A stretch of 64,000 nucleotides of DNA from an uncultured virus (IMG/VR IMGVR_UViG_3300045999_004337) (taxonomy: Duplodnaviria > Heunggongvirae > Uroviricota > Caudoviricetes), in the IMG/VR virus record IMGVR_UViG_3300045999_004337. One strand, 5' to 3'. The position numbers and the translations under genes were made by a program. Of this stretch, positions 30,487-39,964 are shown piece after piece. Each line of letters starts with the position of its first letter. The first letter of the stretch is position 1. The notes beneath the pieces are model-generated. The model worked only from the letters and a program-made list of their open reading frames with translations. It made no database searches and was not told where the DNA came from.

Positions 30487-30562
30487 GCTGTATCTCCTTT
30501 GTTGTTGCACACTCTACCATAGTTAGGCTGACCGTCAACCCAACTGTTTTCATTCTGTGCGA

Positions 30563-31537
30563 TCATGCAAACAATCCGTCGAGGCTGCTCTTCTTCTCCT
30601 CGTTCCATCCGATCACGGCAAGGATCGTCCTGAGAGGCTCCACGAATGCCTTCACGAACTGCATGTCGCGGTCTATGTAGCCGTCGAGTCCGAACTCCAC
30701 GGGCATCCTTCCGACGAATGCGACCACCTTCTCTCCAAGCGGATTGGGTTCCTTGAGGTAGACGAACTTGATCTTGTCTCCCTCGCGGATCTCCTGATAC
30801 ATGGTGTTCAGGCGCATCTTGCGCAGATGCCAGTTGTAGACGAGCGATGCCTTGGTCGCGATTGGAGTCCCCTTGGAATAGATGCTGGAAGCATCCAAGT
30901 AGTCCTTCATGCCGTTGCAACTTCGGGGGAAAGCCACCTTGTTGGCAGGAAGCCCCGCAAACTCCTCGCGGAAGGTCTTCACGAACCGATGGATGTCCTC
31001 CTCGTCCTTGTCCATCACGATGGTTATGGCTGTTTTCAGGGCATTCCTGACGACCTCTGGAGTGGATGACCTGACCGTCTCTATGCCCGTGATCTTCAGG
31101 TCTGGCTTCGGCAGGTAGACATCCTCCTCGCCTATCCTGACATTGAGCATGTACCGCTTCTTCCCCGTCCATATCCCCTTGGATGCGATGCACTCCCGCT
31201 TCATCCTCATGTGGTTGGCGTAGGAGTTCATCGTCTCCGACAGACGCTCGTAGGACTTCCGTATGACATTCTGTATGGCTTCCTTGGACAACTTGTCTAG
31301 GAACAAGGCTATCTTGCGCTCGTCCTTGCAGCCGGGAAGGGTCTTCCCCACGACCTTCTCCATGTCTAGGTAGACGGAGTCGGTGTCGATTGCGATGACA
31401 TAGTCCTCTCCGTCCGTCCCGATTGCCTTGTTGATGAACCTGTTGATGTCGCGCTCGACCCATTGCACGGCAAGTTGCCCCGACAGAGTGATGGCTTCGG
31501 CAATCTCCTCGTCGTAGTAGCGGAAGTATTCGTTTCC
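30563..31537 (-). CDS. 43: DNA polymerase gp43, C-terminal segment (palm/thumb), no proper start
   Basis: GNEYFRYY...AEAITLSGQ, IDTDS, KKRY, ITGIETVRSSTP; homologous frame begins at GGA 31537. Confidence 0.92.
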   Translation of the reverse strand, partial: GNEYFRYYDEEIAEAITLSGQLAVQWVERDINRFINKAIGTDGEDYVIAIDTDSVYLDMEKVVGKTLPGCKDERKIALFLDKLSKEAIQNVIRKSYERLSETMNSYANHMRMKRECIASKGIWTGKKRYMLNVRIGEEDVYLPKPDLKITGIETVRSSTPEVVRNALKTAITIVMDKDEEDIHRFVKTFREEFAGLPANKVAFPRSCNGMKDYLDASSIYSKGTPIATKASLVYNWHLRKMRLNTMYQEIREGDKIKFVYLKEPNPLGEKVVAFVGRMPVEFGLDGYIDRDMQFVKAFVEPLRTILAVIGWNEEKKSSLDGLFA

Positions 31538-31656
31538 TAACCTACTGCGCCGTAAGCGGAGTTCAACTGGATCTTACGAACCAGTTGTCGATTGTGATAC
31601 AAAGATGCATCATCAATCAACCGCTTACGGAGCAGTAGCAAGTCCTCATTGCTCAT
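31537..31656 (-). CDS. 43: DNA polymerase gp43, middle segment with motif B
   Basis: MSNEDLLL...QLVRKIQLNSAYGAVG-stop; ATGA-coupled to the endonuclease stop (alternative ATG at 31674). Confidence 0.85.
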   Translation of the reverse strand: MSNEDLLLLRKRLIDDASLYHNRQLVRKIQLNSAYGAVG

Positions 31657-32351
31657 TTGCTCGTAATTCGACATGACCAACCTTTCAGTTTGCCTTTCTT
31701 TATGACCTTTCCCGAAACAGCAGATTTCCAAAGAGTAGTGAATGGTAATCCCTGTATCTTGCACCACTGATTCAGCCGATTTGTCTCAAAAGATGTTCCA
31801 TCCTCCTTTACTACCAGGTAACTTTGGTTGAGTGAGTCTAACATCTTATCTCTATGGATTGACCATATATCCCGAGATATCTGTTTCATGGCTTCCGAGT
31901 GCGATGGTCGTTTCTTCCCTCTGATGGCGGCTGTCGCCAGTTTTGCATTTTCTATGGCAACTCTAGCATATTTCTCTGGATTAGCGGCTCTAGTTTTATT
32001 ACCCGCTGCTACGCATTTAGCGAGACTGCTTGGGTTTCTCATTGGATTCCTGTCTCCAGAGTTATCAACATGATCCCACCCGCCCTTTCCACCAGGTCTC
32101 AGATTGTAGCAGAGAGGATCGGATGACCACAAGTCTCCAATCAAGATTCTTTCCCGTTCATACATCTCATGCGCAGTAGAGCATTCTTCTAGAATCTCTC
32201 GGCTAAAGGCATCAACACCATAAGCCTCAATGTCCCTATCCAACTCAACTCCACTACCGAGATAGGAATCGTTCAGGTTGTCCGTTCTATGTGCGCCTAT
32301 GTAATACCTAAATGTTTTCGTGTTGGTGGTCTTGTAGACGAGGTAATGCAT
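31653..32351 (-). mobile_element. Free-standing GIY-YIG (Seg-like) homing endonuclease inside gene 43
   Basis: LVYKTTN......YYIG.H, YLGSG, YNL.PGG; lower GC than flanks. Confidence 0.92.
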
Positions 32352-32382
32352 TTTCGGGTTCTCCCTTTCCGAAAATATCTAT
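32350..32382 (-). promoter_or_regulatory. Late-promoter motif plus hairpin enclosing the endonuclease RBS and start codon
   Basis: ATAGATA overlapping ATTTTCGG-aaAGGGAGaac-CCGAAAAT(G). Confidence 0.7.
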
Positions 32383-32399
32383 TACCAATCGCACTCAAA

Positions 32400-33884
32400 T
32401 CACATCAAACCTCGTTTTTTTAGTTCATTTTCTACATCACGAAGGCTAGCCTTGGTCTCAAGCATCAGCCTCTTGTACTCCTTGCGCTGCTTGTACATCT
32501 TCTCCATGAGTTCGGGAAGGAATCCCTGCTTGTCCTTGCGGTATGTCGTTCCGTTGGCAGCAAGGGAAAGGTTCTTGTGCCGTGCCTTTTCGATTTCCAC
32601 CATGTAGGTGTTTGACTGCTTCATCACGGACGATGCCGTGATCGATCTCCTGAGTCCATCGGAAGTCTTGGTGTCGGGACTCAGGTTGTAGTGGCAGATG
32701 AGCATCGGATAGAGGGCATCAAGGTCGAAGGACACCACCCATCTGTGCATTCCGACCTGAGGTGGCTTGACATATGCCCCCTTGAACGCTTTGTCCTTTC
32801 GGTTCCTCCGCTTCTGTGGGATCGCGATCCTCTTCTCGCTGAGGTGATGGTAGATGATCTGCTCCCATGTCCTGACCTGCGAGAAGACATCCTGCATGTT
32901 GACCTTGGCTGAATAGGCAAGGGCTACCGCTTGCTCAAGCAGCCGCTTCTTTGCCTCAAGTTTCTGCACAAGGACGGTGTCCCGTATGTTGTACTCCACG
33001 AACTTGGTGAAGTCGTTCCGATAGAACTCCGAGAAGTTGTCGTGCTCGGAGTGATCCAACTTGGTCTCCCCGAGTTCGATCTGCGCGATGTCTCCTAGTT
33101 TGTATGACTCCCGCGTGACGAATGTGAACTTTCGGTAGAGTTGATAGTAGTCGATGGTGTTGATGCCGACCATCTCGTAGGTGACGCTCTCCTTGCCGTG
33201 GAACTCGACCTTTCTCTTGCGCAACTTCCCCCAAGGGGAGAGTTTCCGCGCATACTGCTCCCCGAGGAGATTTCCGATCCTGTGGACGATGTACGGGATG
33301 TCGAAGAACTCGACATTCCACCCCGTCACGATGTCGATCCCAAGGCTCTGCCATGTCAGCAGGAAGTCACTCAGCATCTGCTCCTCGTTGTCGTAGAGGT
33401 TGACGAGGACATCGGGCGGCATCCTGGACTTGTCCACCTTGCCAAGGGCAAATGTGTACTTCTTGGAACCGCAGATGATGGTGATGACATTGATCCGCTC
33501 GTTTGCCGTGTCGATGTCGGGGAATCCTGCCTCGGACTCGGTCTCTATGTCGATGTAGGCGATGCGCAACTGGTTGAAGTCGTAGTCAACCTCTCCCTTG
33601 TACTCGTCGCCTATGAACTGATAGACATAGTCCGTGTTCCCGAAGATGGGGAACGAGGAGACATCCGAGTACTTCTCCATGAACTCGCGGGAGGAATCGA
33701 TGGAGTCGAACACCATAGGTTCGACGGGTCTGCCGTCGAGGGACTTCCACTCGCTCTTCCTCTTGCTGAGGATGAAGAGGGTGGGCTTGTACACATCCTC
33801 CTCGGCGAACGGCTTGCCGTTCTCGTAGCCGCGATGGAGTATCCTGTTGCCACGGATGGCGACATTGGTGTAGAACTTGGGCAT
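32400..33884 (-). CDS. 43: DNA polymerase gp43, N-terminal segment (3'-5' exonuclease, motif A)
   Basis: DIETE, GWNVEFFDIPY, YNIRD, SFDLDALYP, RKEYKRLM. Confidence 0.96.
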   Translation of the reverse strand: MPKFYTNVAIRGNRILHRGYENGKPFAEEDVYKPTLFILSKRKSEWKSLDGRPVEPMVFDSIDSSREFMEKYSDVSSFPIFGNTDYVYQFIGDEYKGEVDYDFNQLRIAYIDIETESEAGFPDIDTANERINVITIICGSKKYTFALGKVDKSRMPPDVLVNLYDNEEQMLSDFLLTWQSLGIDIVTGWNVEFFDIPYIVHRIGNLLGEQYARKLSPWGKLRKRKVEFHGKESVTYEMVGINTIDYYQLYRKFTFVTRESYKLGDIAQIELGETKLDHSEHDNFSEFYRNDFTKFVEYNIRDTVLVQKLEAKKRLLEQAVALAYSAKVNMQDVFSQVRTWEQIIYHHLSEKRIAIPQKRRNRKDKAFKGAYVKPPQVGMHRWVVSFDLDALYPMLICHYNLSPDTKTSDGLRRSITASSVMKQSNTYMVEIEKARHKNLSLAANGTTYRKDKQGFLPELMEKMYKQRKEYKRLMLETKASLRDVENELKKRGLM

Positions 33885-33891
33885 TTGTCTT

Positions 33892-36036
33892 TCATTCCAT
33901 GAGGTCGTCTAGATCGCTTGGAACCTCCTCAGCGATCCTTGCCTCAGCCAACTTGATGTACTCAGGGTTCAGTTCGCAACCCACGAAGTCCCGTCCGTTC
34001 TCCATTGCCACGACAGCAGTCGTACCCGATCCCGTGAACGGATCCAGGACGGTGCATGGAACCACGGAGGCATCCTTGCACTTGCAGGTTGGCTTCCACC
34101 CCTTGGGTGTCCTCTCCGCTGCCTTGAGGGAGGGAACCGTCCCCTTGGCAGTCCGCGTCTGCCTTCCCGAGATCCGTTCGGGTGGGACGGAGTCGTTCCT
34201 GCCGAAATCCCCACCCCAATGCTTCCCGTGCTTCTCGTAGTCGCTCATGCCGACATTGACATCCATCTCCCAAGGCGCACCGCACTTGGAGCAGCAGCCA
34301 TGTGCGCTGGTTCCCGCAAGGACGCATGGAAGGATGAGGTTCTTGGGATAGACCGCGAAGTGCGCTCCCTTGTAACCCTTGGTATTGACCGTCCACACGG
34401 AACGCTTGTTCTTCCTTCCATCGGAAGCCCACACCCTGTCAGGCTCAAGGGCAGGATCACGCGATCCCTTTTCCTCGGGCTGAGTCCTGTTCTTGTTTCC
34501 TGGCGCATGAGGTGCGCCTACGGCTTGCTCCTTGATTGCCTCATGGTCATAGTAGTAGTGCGACTTCTTGGTGAGCATGAAGATGTATTCATGCGCTCGG
34601 GTGCATCGATCCATGACCGACTCGGGCATGGGATTGGGCTTGGAGTTGTGCGTCAATATACCAGATGCCAATGCAAAGAGATGTGGTTCGTCCTCCACAC
34701 CGAGATCGTAGACTTCCCTACAGCGGGCTTTGTTGATCTTCACGATCTCATTTCGACTCTTTTCGTTGCAATGACCGCTTCTCTCCTTGCGTAGTTCTCC
34801 ACGGAAAGAAGGAAACGACTTTTCTCCACAACTGGCGTGGCTGAGATTCAGCGTGAGGGTATACCCCAACCTAGCACATGCAGTTCTGATGTTTTGCTCA
34901 AGCCTGTAGTTTCTACAAAACCCAAGTCTCCACCGATTGCCCGTCTGGCATCCATCGCCAGAAAGATACCCATCCATCATTCGTTCCAAGAATCTGTTCG
35001 AGTATCTCCACACCACGGGACTGAAACCCTTGTCGTATGCGGTGGTTCCAACGATCATCTCATCCAATATTGCGTTGAGCACCTTACCATAGACGCGGAT
35101 GGCTTGGTTGTTTCCGTCAACCGAGATGGTAGCAGTTCCTCCAAACTTCTTCGCTATCCTCTGAATCTCCGACCATCGGTGGTTTTCCTTTGAGTGACCA
35201 GATATCTGAATGGTGTCTCCGCTACGGGAGCCTTCTGCGAGATAGAGTCCAGCAAACCACGCCGCGTCCTCGTCTATGAAGCAATCTCTCGGATTTTCGG
35301 GTGGTGGTAGTGTACATGAGAGAAGAGTATCACCGATTACCAGTTCACTTGCGTCCTTCAAGCCGTCACTAGTCGGAAACTTGTGTGTGGGTGTGCATGA
35401 GATGCGTTCCCCCGAACGAAGGACTATTTCAAGTTCATCCCCCCTCCTCTTACTTTTGCTCATGCCAAGAAGATTCGTCCAACTGGTTCCATTCCAAAGT
35501 TGTACCGTAGATGGATCAAGGCGGTAGAGATCGCGAATCATCATCACGCACTCTCCGCTATTCTTGGTGCGAACATAAACACAGGTTCCACCACTAAGAC
35601 ACCAGATGCATTCCTGACGCAGCCACCACCCGTCTGCCTGTAGCGCAAAGGCTACACGCCAAGGGATGCCGATCAGATCCTTGTGCTTCAGACCCTTCTG
35701 CTTCTTGCGGTTTCCAGGAATGGTGGTTGGCATGTCCCTCTGTCCCCCGATTGTCTGTGGAGGAGGAGGGACATTGTACTGAGCCATGTAGGAGTCGCCA
35801 AGGTTCAGCCACAGAGTGCCATCAGGACGAAGAGCACGGCGAACTTCACGAAACACATCAACCATTGCATCGACATACTGCTGCACTTCGTTCTCGCATC
35901 CGATCTCACTCTGACCTCCGTTGTACGAACGCAAGCCGAAGTAGGGGGGTGAGGTGATGCATGTGTGGACGGAGTTGTCCGCGATCTGCTTGAGTCCCTC
36001 GCGGCAATCGCCTTCGATGATCCTGTATTTGTTCAC
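33892..36036 (-). CDS. N4/N6 DNA methyltransferase (beta order) with intein
   Basis: TSPPY near the N-terminus; LDPFTGSGTT near the C-terminus; HFAVYP. Confidence 0.93.
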   Translation of the reverse strand: MNKYRIIEGDCREGLKQIADNSVHTCITSPPYFGLRSYNGGQSEIGCENEVQQYVDAMVDVFREVRRALRPDGTLWLNLGDSYMAQYNVPPPPQTIGGQRDMPTTIPGNRKKQKGLKHKDLIGIPWRVAFALQADGWWLRQECIWCLSGGTCVYVRTKNSGECVMMIRDLYRLDPSTVQLWNGTSWTNLLGMSKSKRRGDELEIVLRSGERISCTPTHKFPTSDGLKDASELVIGDTLLSCTLPPPENPRDCFIDEDAAWFAGLYLAEGSRSGDTIQISGHSKENHRWSEIQRIAKKFGGTATISVDGNNQAIRVYGKVLNAILDEMIVGTTAYDKGFSPVVWRYSNRFLERMMDGYLSGDGCQTGNRWRLGFCRNYRLEQNIRTACARLGYTLTLNLSHASCGEKSFPSFRGELRKERSGHCNEKSRNEIVKINKARCREVYDLGVEDEPHLFALASGILTHNSKPNPMPESVMDRCTRAHEYIFMLTKKSHYYYDHEAIKEQAVGAPHAPGNKNRTQPEEKGSRDPALEPDRVWASDGRKNKRSVWTVNTKGYKGAHFAVYPKNLILPCVLAGTSAHGCCSKCGAPWEMDVNVGMSDYEKHGKHWGGDFGRNDSVPPERISGRQTRTAKGTVPSLKAAERTPKGWKPTCKCKDASVVPCTVLDPFTGSGTTAVVAMENGRDFVGCELNPEYIKLAEARIAEEVPSDLDDLME
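34645..35601 (-). mobile_element. Intein (319 aa) with LAGLIDADG endonuclease
   Basis: W|CLSGGT, CTPTHKF, FAGLYLAEG, DGYLSGDG, VYDL.V, LTHN|S. Confidence 0.93.
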
Positions 36037-36087
36037 TAGCCTGTCTCCTCAGGGATGTGGTGAAGCAACGCTCATTCGCACAAGGGA

Positions 36088-36115
36088 ATGATAGCACGGA
36101 TGAGACGAGATGCAA
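36088..36115 (-). promoter_or_regulatory. Sigma70-type promoter of the methyltransferase-gp43 unit
   Basis: TTGCAT-16 bp-TATCAT. Confidence 0.6.
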
Positions 36116-36151
36116 TGGGTATGGTGTCGGGATTCTTATCGCAGCAAAGAA

Positions 36152-36424
36152 TCAGACTCGCTCGACCATGTAGGCATGATCCTGATGGACGACATCGTAT
36201 TCCTTGTAGTGGTTTCCCTTGACCTTGGTGATGTCCCAGAGAACCCTGTCGCCCACCTTGATGTCTTCGGTCACCTGATCTCCGACCGCGATCACCTTTG
36301 ACCATACGAGGCGGCAAGTGACCTTCTCCTCGTAAATGATTCCAGCCTCGGTGGTCTTCTGACCCCCGAAGTCCCTGAGCAGCAAAAGGTTCTTTCCAAC
36401 TGGTCTGAATTCACCGCTTGGCAT
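36152..36424 (-). CDS. GroES-like co-chaperonin
   Basis: RPVG, KTTEAGII, VIAVG, IKVGDRV. Confidence 0.85.
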   Translation of the reverse strand: MPSGEFRPVGKNLLLLRDFGGQKTTEAGIIYEEKVTCRLVWSKVIAVGDQVTEDIKVGDRVLWDITKVKGNHYKEYDVVHQDHAYMVERV

Positions 36425-36743
36425 TGTTAGCCTTCTTTTCCTTGAGGTATGAATGGAAGAGGATCGCATAGTTGATGATGTCAACGCAGGTGTCCTCAAG
36501 GCTCTCGTCCTTGACCTTGAACTCCCCTGCCTCAACGAAGGACGAGAGGCGGGACAACTTGTCCGTCATCCTGACCAGCATCCCTGCCTCCGTGGTGCAG
36601 ATTCCCATGGACTCGCATCGGGTGAAGTTGGCAAACGGCTCCTTGCCAGACCTACCCGCATAGTCCGCGTTCTTCACCTTCATCAGTTCAAATGCCTTGC
36701 CACAGAGTTCTCCGTGGCACTTCAGAAGTTCGTCGCGTGTCAT
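36411..36743 (-). CDS. Nucleotide-modification-associated domain protein (DUF1599-like)
   Basis: KNADY, ANF, VRMTDKLSRL, DESLEDT..DIINY. Confidence 0.8.
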   Translation of the reverse strand: MTRDELLKCHGELCGKAFELMKVKNADYAGRSGKEPFANFTRCESMGICTTEAGMLVRMTDKLSRLSSFVEAGEFKVKDESLEDTCVDIINYAILFHSYLKEKKANNAKR

Positions 36744-36763
36744 GTATTCTCCATGTTGATGAT

Positions 36764-37273
36764 TTACACACCAGTGCTGCCGAACCCGCCGTTCCTGTCG
36801 GTCTTGACGGATGGTCGGTCGGCTGACTCCATCAGGACATACTCTTCGTTCCTCACCAGTTCTCCCTGAGCGATGCGCATTCCATGCGTGATGTTCTGCC
36901 GGACAAGGGAATCGTTCTTCAGAAGGATGAAGCACTCCTCCACATAGTCTGAGTCCACTATGCCCTCTGCGTTCTGCATTACAATCCCATTCCTGAAGGA
37001 AAGACCAGAACGGGGATGGATTCTCATCGAATGTCCCTTGGGGATGTCGAAGATCAAACCCGTGGGTATCAGGACGCGGAACTCCGCTGGAACCTTGAGA
37101 TGGTCGTGGTTGCAGTAGAGTTCGACAGGCTCGTTCATCCTGGTGTATGCCTTGACCTTCTCAAGTCCCATGATGCAAGCATGGAGGTCGAAACAGGAAG
37201 ACCCGTCCGTGGCAAAGGTGGGGATGCTTGCCTCTGGTCTGACCTTGAAGACAGAAAGTATCTGTACGCTCAT
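36764..37273 (-). CDS. dut: dUTPase
   Basis: FDL, PRSGL, GIVDSDY, RIAQ, RNGGFGSTG. Confidence 0.96.
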   Translation of the reverse strand: MSVQILSVFKVRPEASIPTFATDGSSCFDLHACIMGLEKVKAYTRMNEPVELYCNHDHLKVPAEFRVLIPTGLIFDIPKGHSMRIHPRSGLSFRNGIVMQNAEGIVDSDYVEECFILLKNDSLVRQNITHGMRIAQGELVRNEEYVLMESADRPSVKTDRNGGFGSTGV

Positions 37274-38589
37274 CGGCTAGCCTTCTTCCTGTCCTTGCTG
37301 CGGTTCAGCAACTTCTTGAGACGTTCCCTGCGCTGATCGTCCGTCTCGGCAACCTCTGCCTTGACAGGAGTCGGCGGCACAGGAGGATGTGCCGTAACGC
37401 TCATCGTCACGGAGTCGGTTCCGAACGGGTTCTGCCTGTATTCCTCATCCTTCTGCTTCATCGCTGCAAGCATCGGAGCATACTCAACCAACTTCTGCTC
37501 GTATGCCTGTATGTTCTGAGCCATCCTCTGCTTCTCCGGGTCGGGATAGAAGGGGTTGTTGAGAAGGCGTTTTGCCACACCAAGCCCTTCCTCATATCGG
37601 TGCAGATAGAACGATGTGGAAGCCAGTATGTCGTCCATCTGCCACCTGTAGATGTCGTTGTCGATGAACAGGATGTCGAAGTGCGGATATGGCATCTCCG
37701 CTGCCATCTTGGCATGGAGCCAGGCAAGCCTTGGCTCCTGCACCATCATGTACATCCTGGCGATCTGGTAGATCGGTTCTGCGCGGATGGGACGGAACCG
37801 CCATGCAAGGAGGAACTTCTCCTTTATCTCCCCGAACGGCTTGTTCTGTATGGCTGCGATCATGGCAATGCGGTACAGTGAGTAGAAAACCTCCTCTTCC
37901 CAACCACCCATCTCCACGCGCTTCATGTAAGCCTCTGCGGACTTTTCCCATTGCTGTGAGTCGAAGTAGGACTGCGCGAGGTAGAACTGGTTGCGGGTGT
38001 TGGTCGGATCAGCCTTCATGGCTTCCTCCAGCACGACTGCATCCCTGCTGTACTTCTCCACGGGATCGATGCCTACATTCCTGGCTCCACCCATCGTCCT
38101 TGCGCAGATGTTGTAGTTGCCTTCGAGTTTGCCGATCTTGGGATTGGCTTTCTCGCATATCGCGTATTCGTGCAGGACTCCCTTGTACTCCCACTTGGCA
38201 TCGAGTTTGAAGACCTGGTTCCTCCACCAGAAGAAGGAACCGCGCTTGATGCGCAGTGCGAAACTATCCATGTCCGTTCCATCGGGAAGTATGAGTTCTC
38301 CCTCGAGGTAGTCGTCCGCGTCGATCACCCACGCATAGTCAGCCTTGCCTTCAGCAGCCTTGAAGGCAAGGGTTCGGTTGTGACCGAAGTCCTTCCACTC
38401 ATGGTCGTGGAGTTCACCTGGTATCCCCTTCTCCTTGAAGAAGTCGGTGATTATCTGCTTGGTGTTGTCGGTGGAACCCGTGTCACAGATGACCCAATGG
38501 TCGATGTACTTGTAGACAGAGTTGAGGCATTCAAGGATGATGTGCGATTCGTTCTTGACGATCATGCACAAGGTCACGGTCGGGCGCAT
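37270..38589 (-). CDS. GT2 glycosyltransferase with TPR repeats
   Basis: LCMIVKNE, DTGSTD, W.DF..NR, IDADD, GVLHE, FYLAQSY; ATACATA at 38614-38620. Confidence 0.9.
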   Translation of the reverse strand: MRPTVTLCMIVKNESHIILECLNSVYKYIDHWVICDTGSTDNTKQIITDFFKEKGIPGELHDHEWKDFGHNRTLAFKAAEGKADYAWVIDADDYLEGELILPDGTDMDSFALRIKRGSFFWWRNQVFKLDAKWEYKGVLHEYAICEKANPKIGKLEGNYNICARTMGGARNVGIDPVEKYSRDAVVLEEAMKADPTNTRNQFYLAQSYFDSQQWEKSAEAYMKRVEMGGWEEEVFYSLYRIAMIAAIQNKPFGEIKEKFLLAWRFRPIRAEPIYQIARMYMMVQEPRLAWLHAKMAAEMPYPHFDILFIDNDIYRWQMDDILASTSFYLHRYEEGLGVAKRLLNNPFYPDPEKQRMAQNIQAYEQKLVEYAPMLAAMKQKDEEYRQNPFGTDSVTMSVTAHPPVPPTPVKAEVAETDDQRRERLKKLLNRSKDRKKASR

Positions 38590-38628
38590 AGCAAAGATCT
38601 CCTGTTGTTCATCTATGTATCGGTTGTC

Positions 38629-39045
38629 TCAGTTCTTTCTCTTGCCGATGTGGTACTTGGGTATGAGTTCCCATTCAGCCTTATCCCTGTGGGGGATTAT
38701 CTTGATCTGCGCCAGCGAGACGATGGGATCGGATGCCTTCTTCTGATCGACGATGGTGAGAAGCCCCCACTCGTCCATGAGGTTCGCAATCGTGTTCCTT
38801 CGTCCGATGTCAGTGTCGTCTATGTCCGTGGGAAGCCCGTCCAATGCAAAGAGTTCCTTGAAGTGGACGATGTAGTACTTGCCTCTCTTGTGCAGTATGT
38901 GGCAACTCTGATAGAGTTTCTTCTCCTGCCTCGACGAGACTCCTATTCGGGTCAGTGTCTCCTTCACCTTGAGGAAGTCCTCGTCAGCCTTCAGGAAGAT
39001 TTCCAGGAGGTCTTCGACCTCCAGTTTCAGCGTTCGTTTGTCCAT
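38629..39045 (-). CDS. regA: Translational repressor RegA
   Basis: FLKVKETLTRIG, LYQSCHILHKRGKYYIVHFKELF. Confidence 0.97.
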   Translation of the reverse strand: MDKRTLKLEVEDLLEIFLKADEDFLKVKETLTRIGVSSRQEKKLYQSCHILHKRGKYYIVHFKELFALDGLPTDIDDTDIGRRNTIANLMDEWGLLTIVDQKKASDPIVSLAQIKIIPHRDKAEWELIPKYHIGKRKN

Positions 39046-39083
39046 TGTGTCCTCACCAAATAGTCAGAATGTCTTTCATTCTG

Positions 39084-39485
39084 TTATTTAGTGTTTTGGA
39101 CACCTCCACGAATGCCATCCCCGCGCTTCAGTATCTGCGATATCGTCCTGCTGCCAAGGACATCCTTGATCTCCTCTGCCTTCTTCACGGAGCATCCGAA
39201 GAGATCGACTATGGTCTGAACCAGTTCGGTATCGGGCTTCTTTGCCCACTTACCCATCCTCTTCCGTGGACGGATGGAGTGGAGATGGTACTCGTACTGC
39301 ATCTGCTTGTCCAGATGCCATCGGGTGTTCATCATGTTAGCCTGAATGACCGTGTCTGCGAACTGAGACAGACCCCTGTTCGTCAGGTAGGGAGCATAGT
39401 CGGAGACCGATCTTCCCTCGTCCCGCATCAGGTTCACCTTGGTGTGGGTTACGCTGTTCATGAAGTCGAATGGGGAGTCATTCAC
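39084..39485 (-). CDS. 62: Clamp-loader small subunit gp62
   Basis: PFDF.NS, Y.PYL.NR.LS, ANMMN, RKR..KW.K. Confidence 0.9.
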   Translation of the reverse strand: MNDSPFDFMNSVTHTKVNLMRDEGRSVSDYAPYLTNRGLSQFADTVIQANMMNTRWHLDKQMQYEYHLHSIRPRKRMGKWAKKPDTELVQTIVDLFGCSVKKAEEIKDVLGSRTISQILKRGDGIRGGVQNTK

Positions 39486-39964
39486 GGCTGATCCTTCTGT
39501 TCGTCCTTGGCGATCTTGAACGGGAGGTGATCCGGATCAGACAGTTGATCGACTACCTGTTTCACCTGTCCCACATCGGGAATGATGGCTTCCGTCGATC
39601 CGTCATGACGCATCGTGAACCACCCGCAGGAAATCGCTATCGCATCCCTCTCGGCAGTCAGCCGTTCGATCTCGGCATTGAGGTGGGAGAACGCTCCCTC
39701 CATCGATGGATCCGTCAGCGGGTTCAGCCTGTGCAACTTTCGCACTTCTGCCCGATGCTCATCGCATTTCTTGAATGCCGCATCTCGCTGCTCCATGAGC
39801 GTCTTGCAGGTATTCTTCAGTCCATCCCGCTCACCCTTGACACGGGCAATCTCGGAACGAAGTCTGACTATCTCGACAGCGGCTCTTGTGACCTCTGGTT
39901 GAAACGGAGTCAATTTCGGCATTATGTCGCGCAGGATTTCCAGTGTGTCTTTAGGTGCTGTCAT
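39482..39964 (-). CDS. Hypothetical coiled-coil protein
   Basis: EI.RL..ERD motifs; overlaps neighbouring genes. Confidence 0.65.
   Translation of the reverse strand: MTAPKDTLEILRDIMPKLTPFQPEVTRAAVEIVRLRSEIARVKGERDGLKNTCKTLMEQRDAAFKKCDEHRAEVRKLHRLNPLTDPSMEGAFSHLNAEIERLTAERDAIAISCGWFTMRHDGSTEAIIPDVGQVKQVVDQLSDPDHLPFKIAKDEQKDQP

Noticed and set aside
30483..31463. 326-aa alternative-frame ORF over the gp43 C-segment
   Set aside because: No motifs; by-product of codon bias.
31537..31539. TAG reassignment or readthrough as the explanation for the gp43 break
   Set aside because: Readthrough stays in the wrong frame, and TAG ends several intact genes here (e.g. gp19, sheath B, gp47).
31537..32400. 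Group I intron around the GIY-YIG gene
   Set aside because: Only about 50 non-coding nt are available, too few for an intron core, and the flanks have their own stop and start codons.
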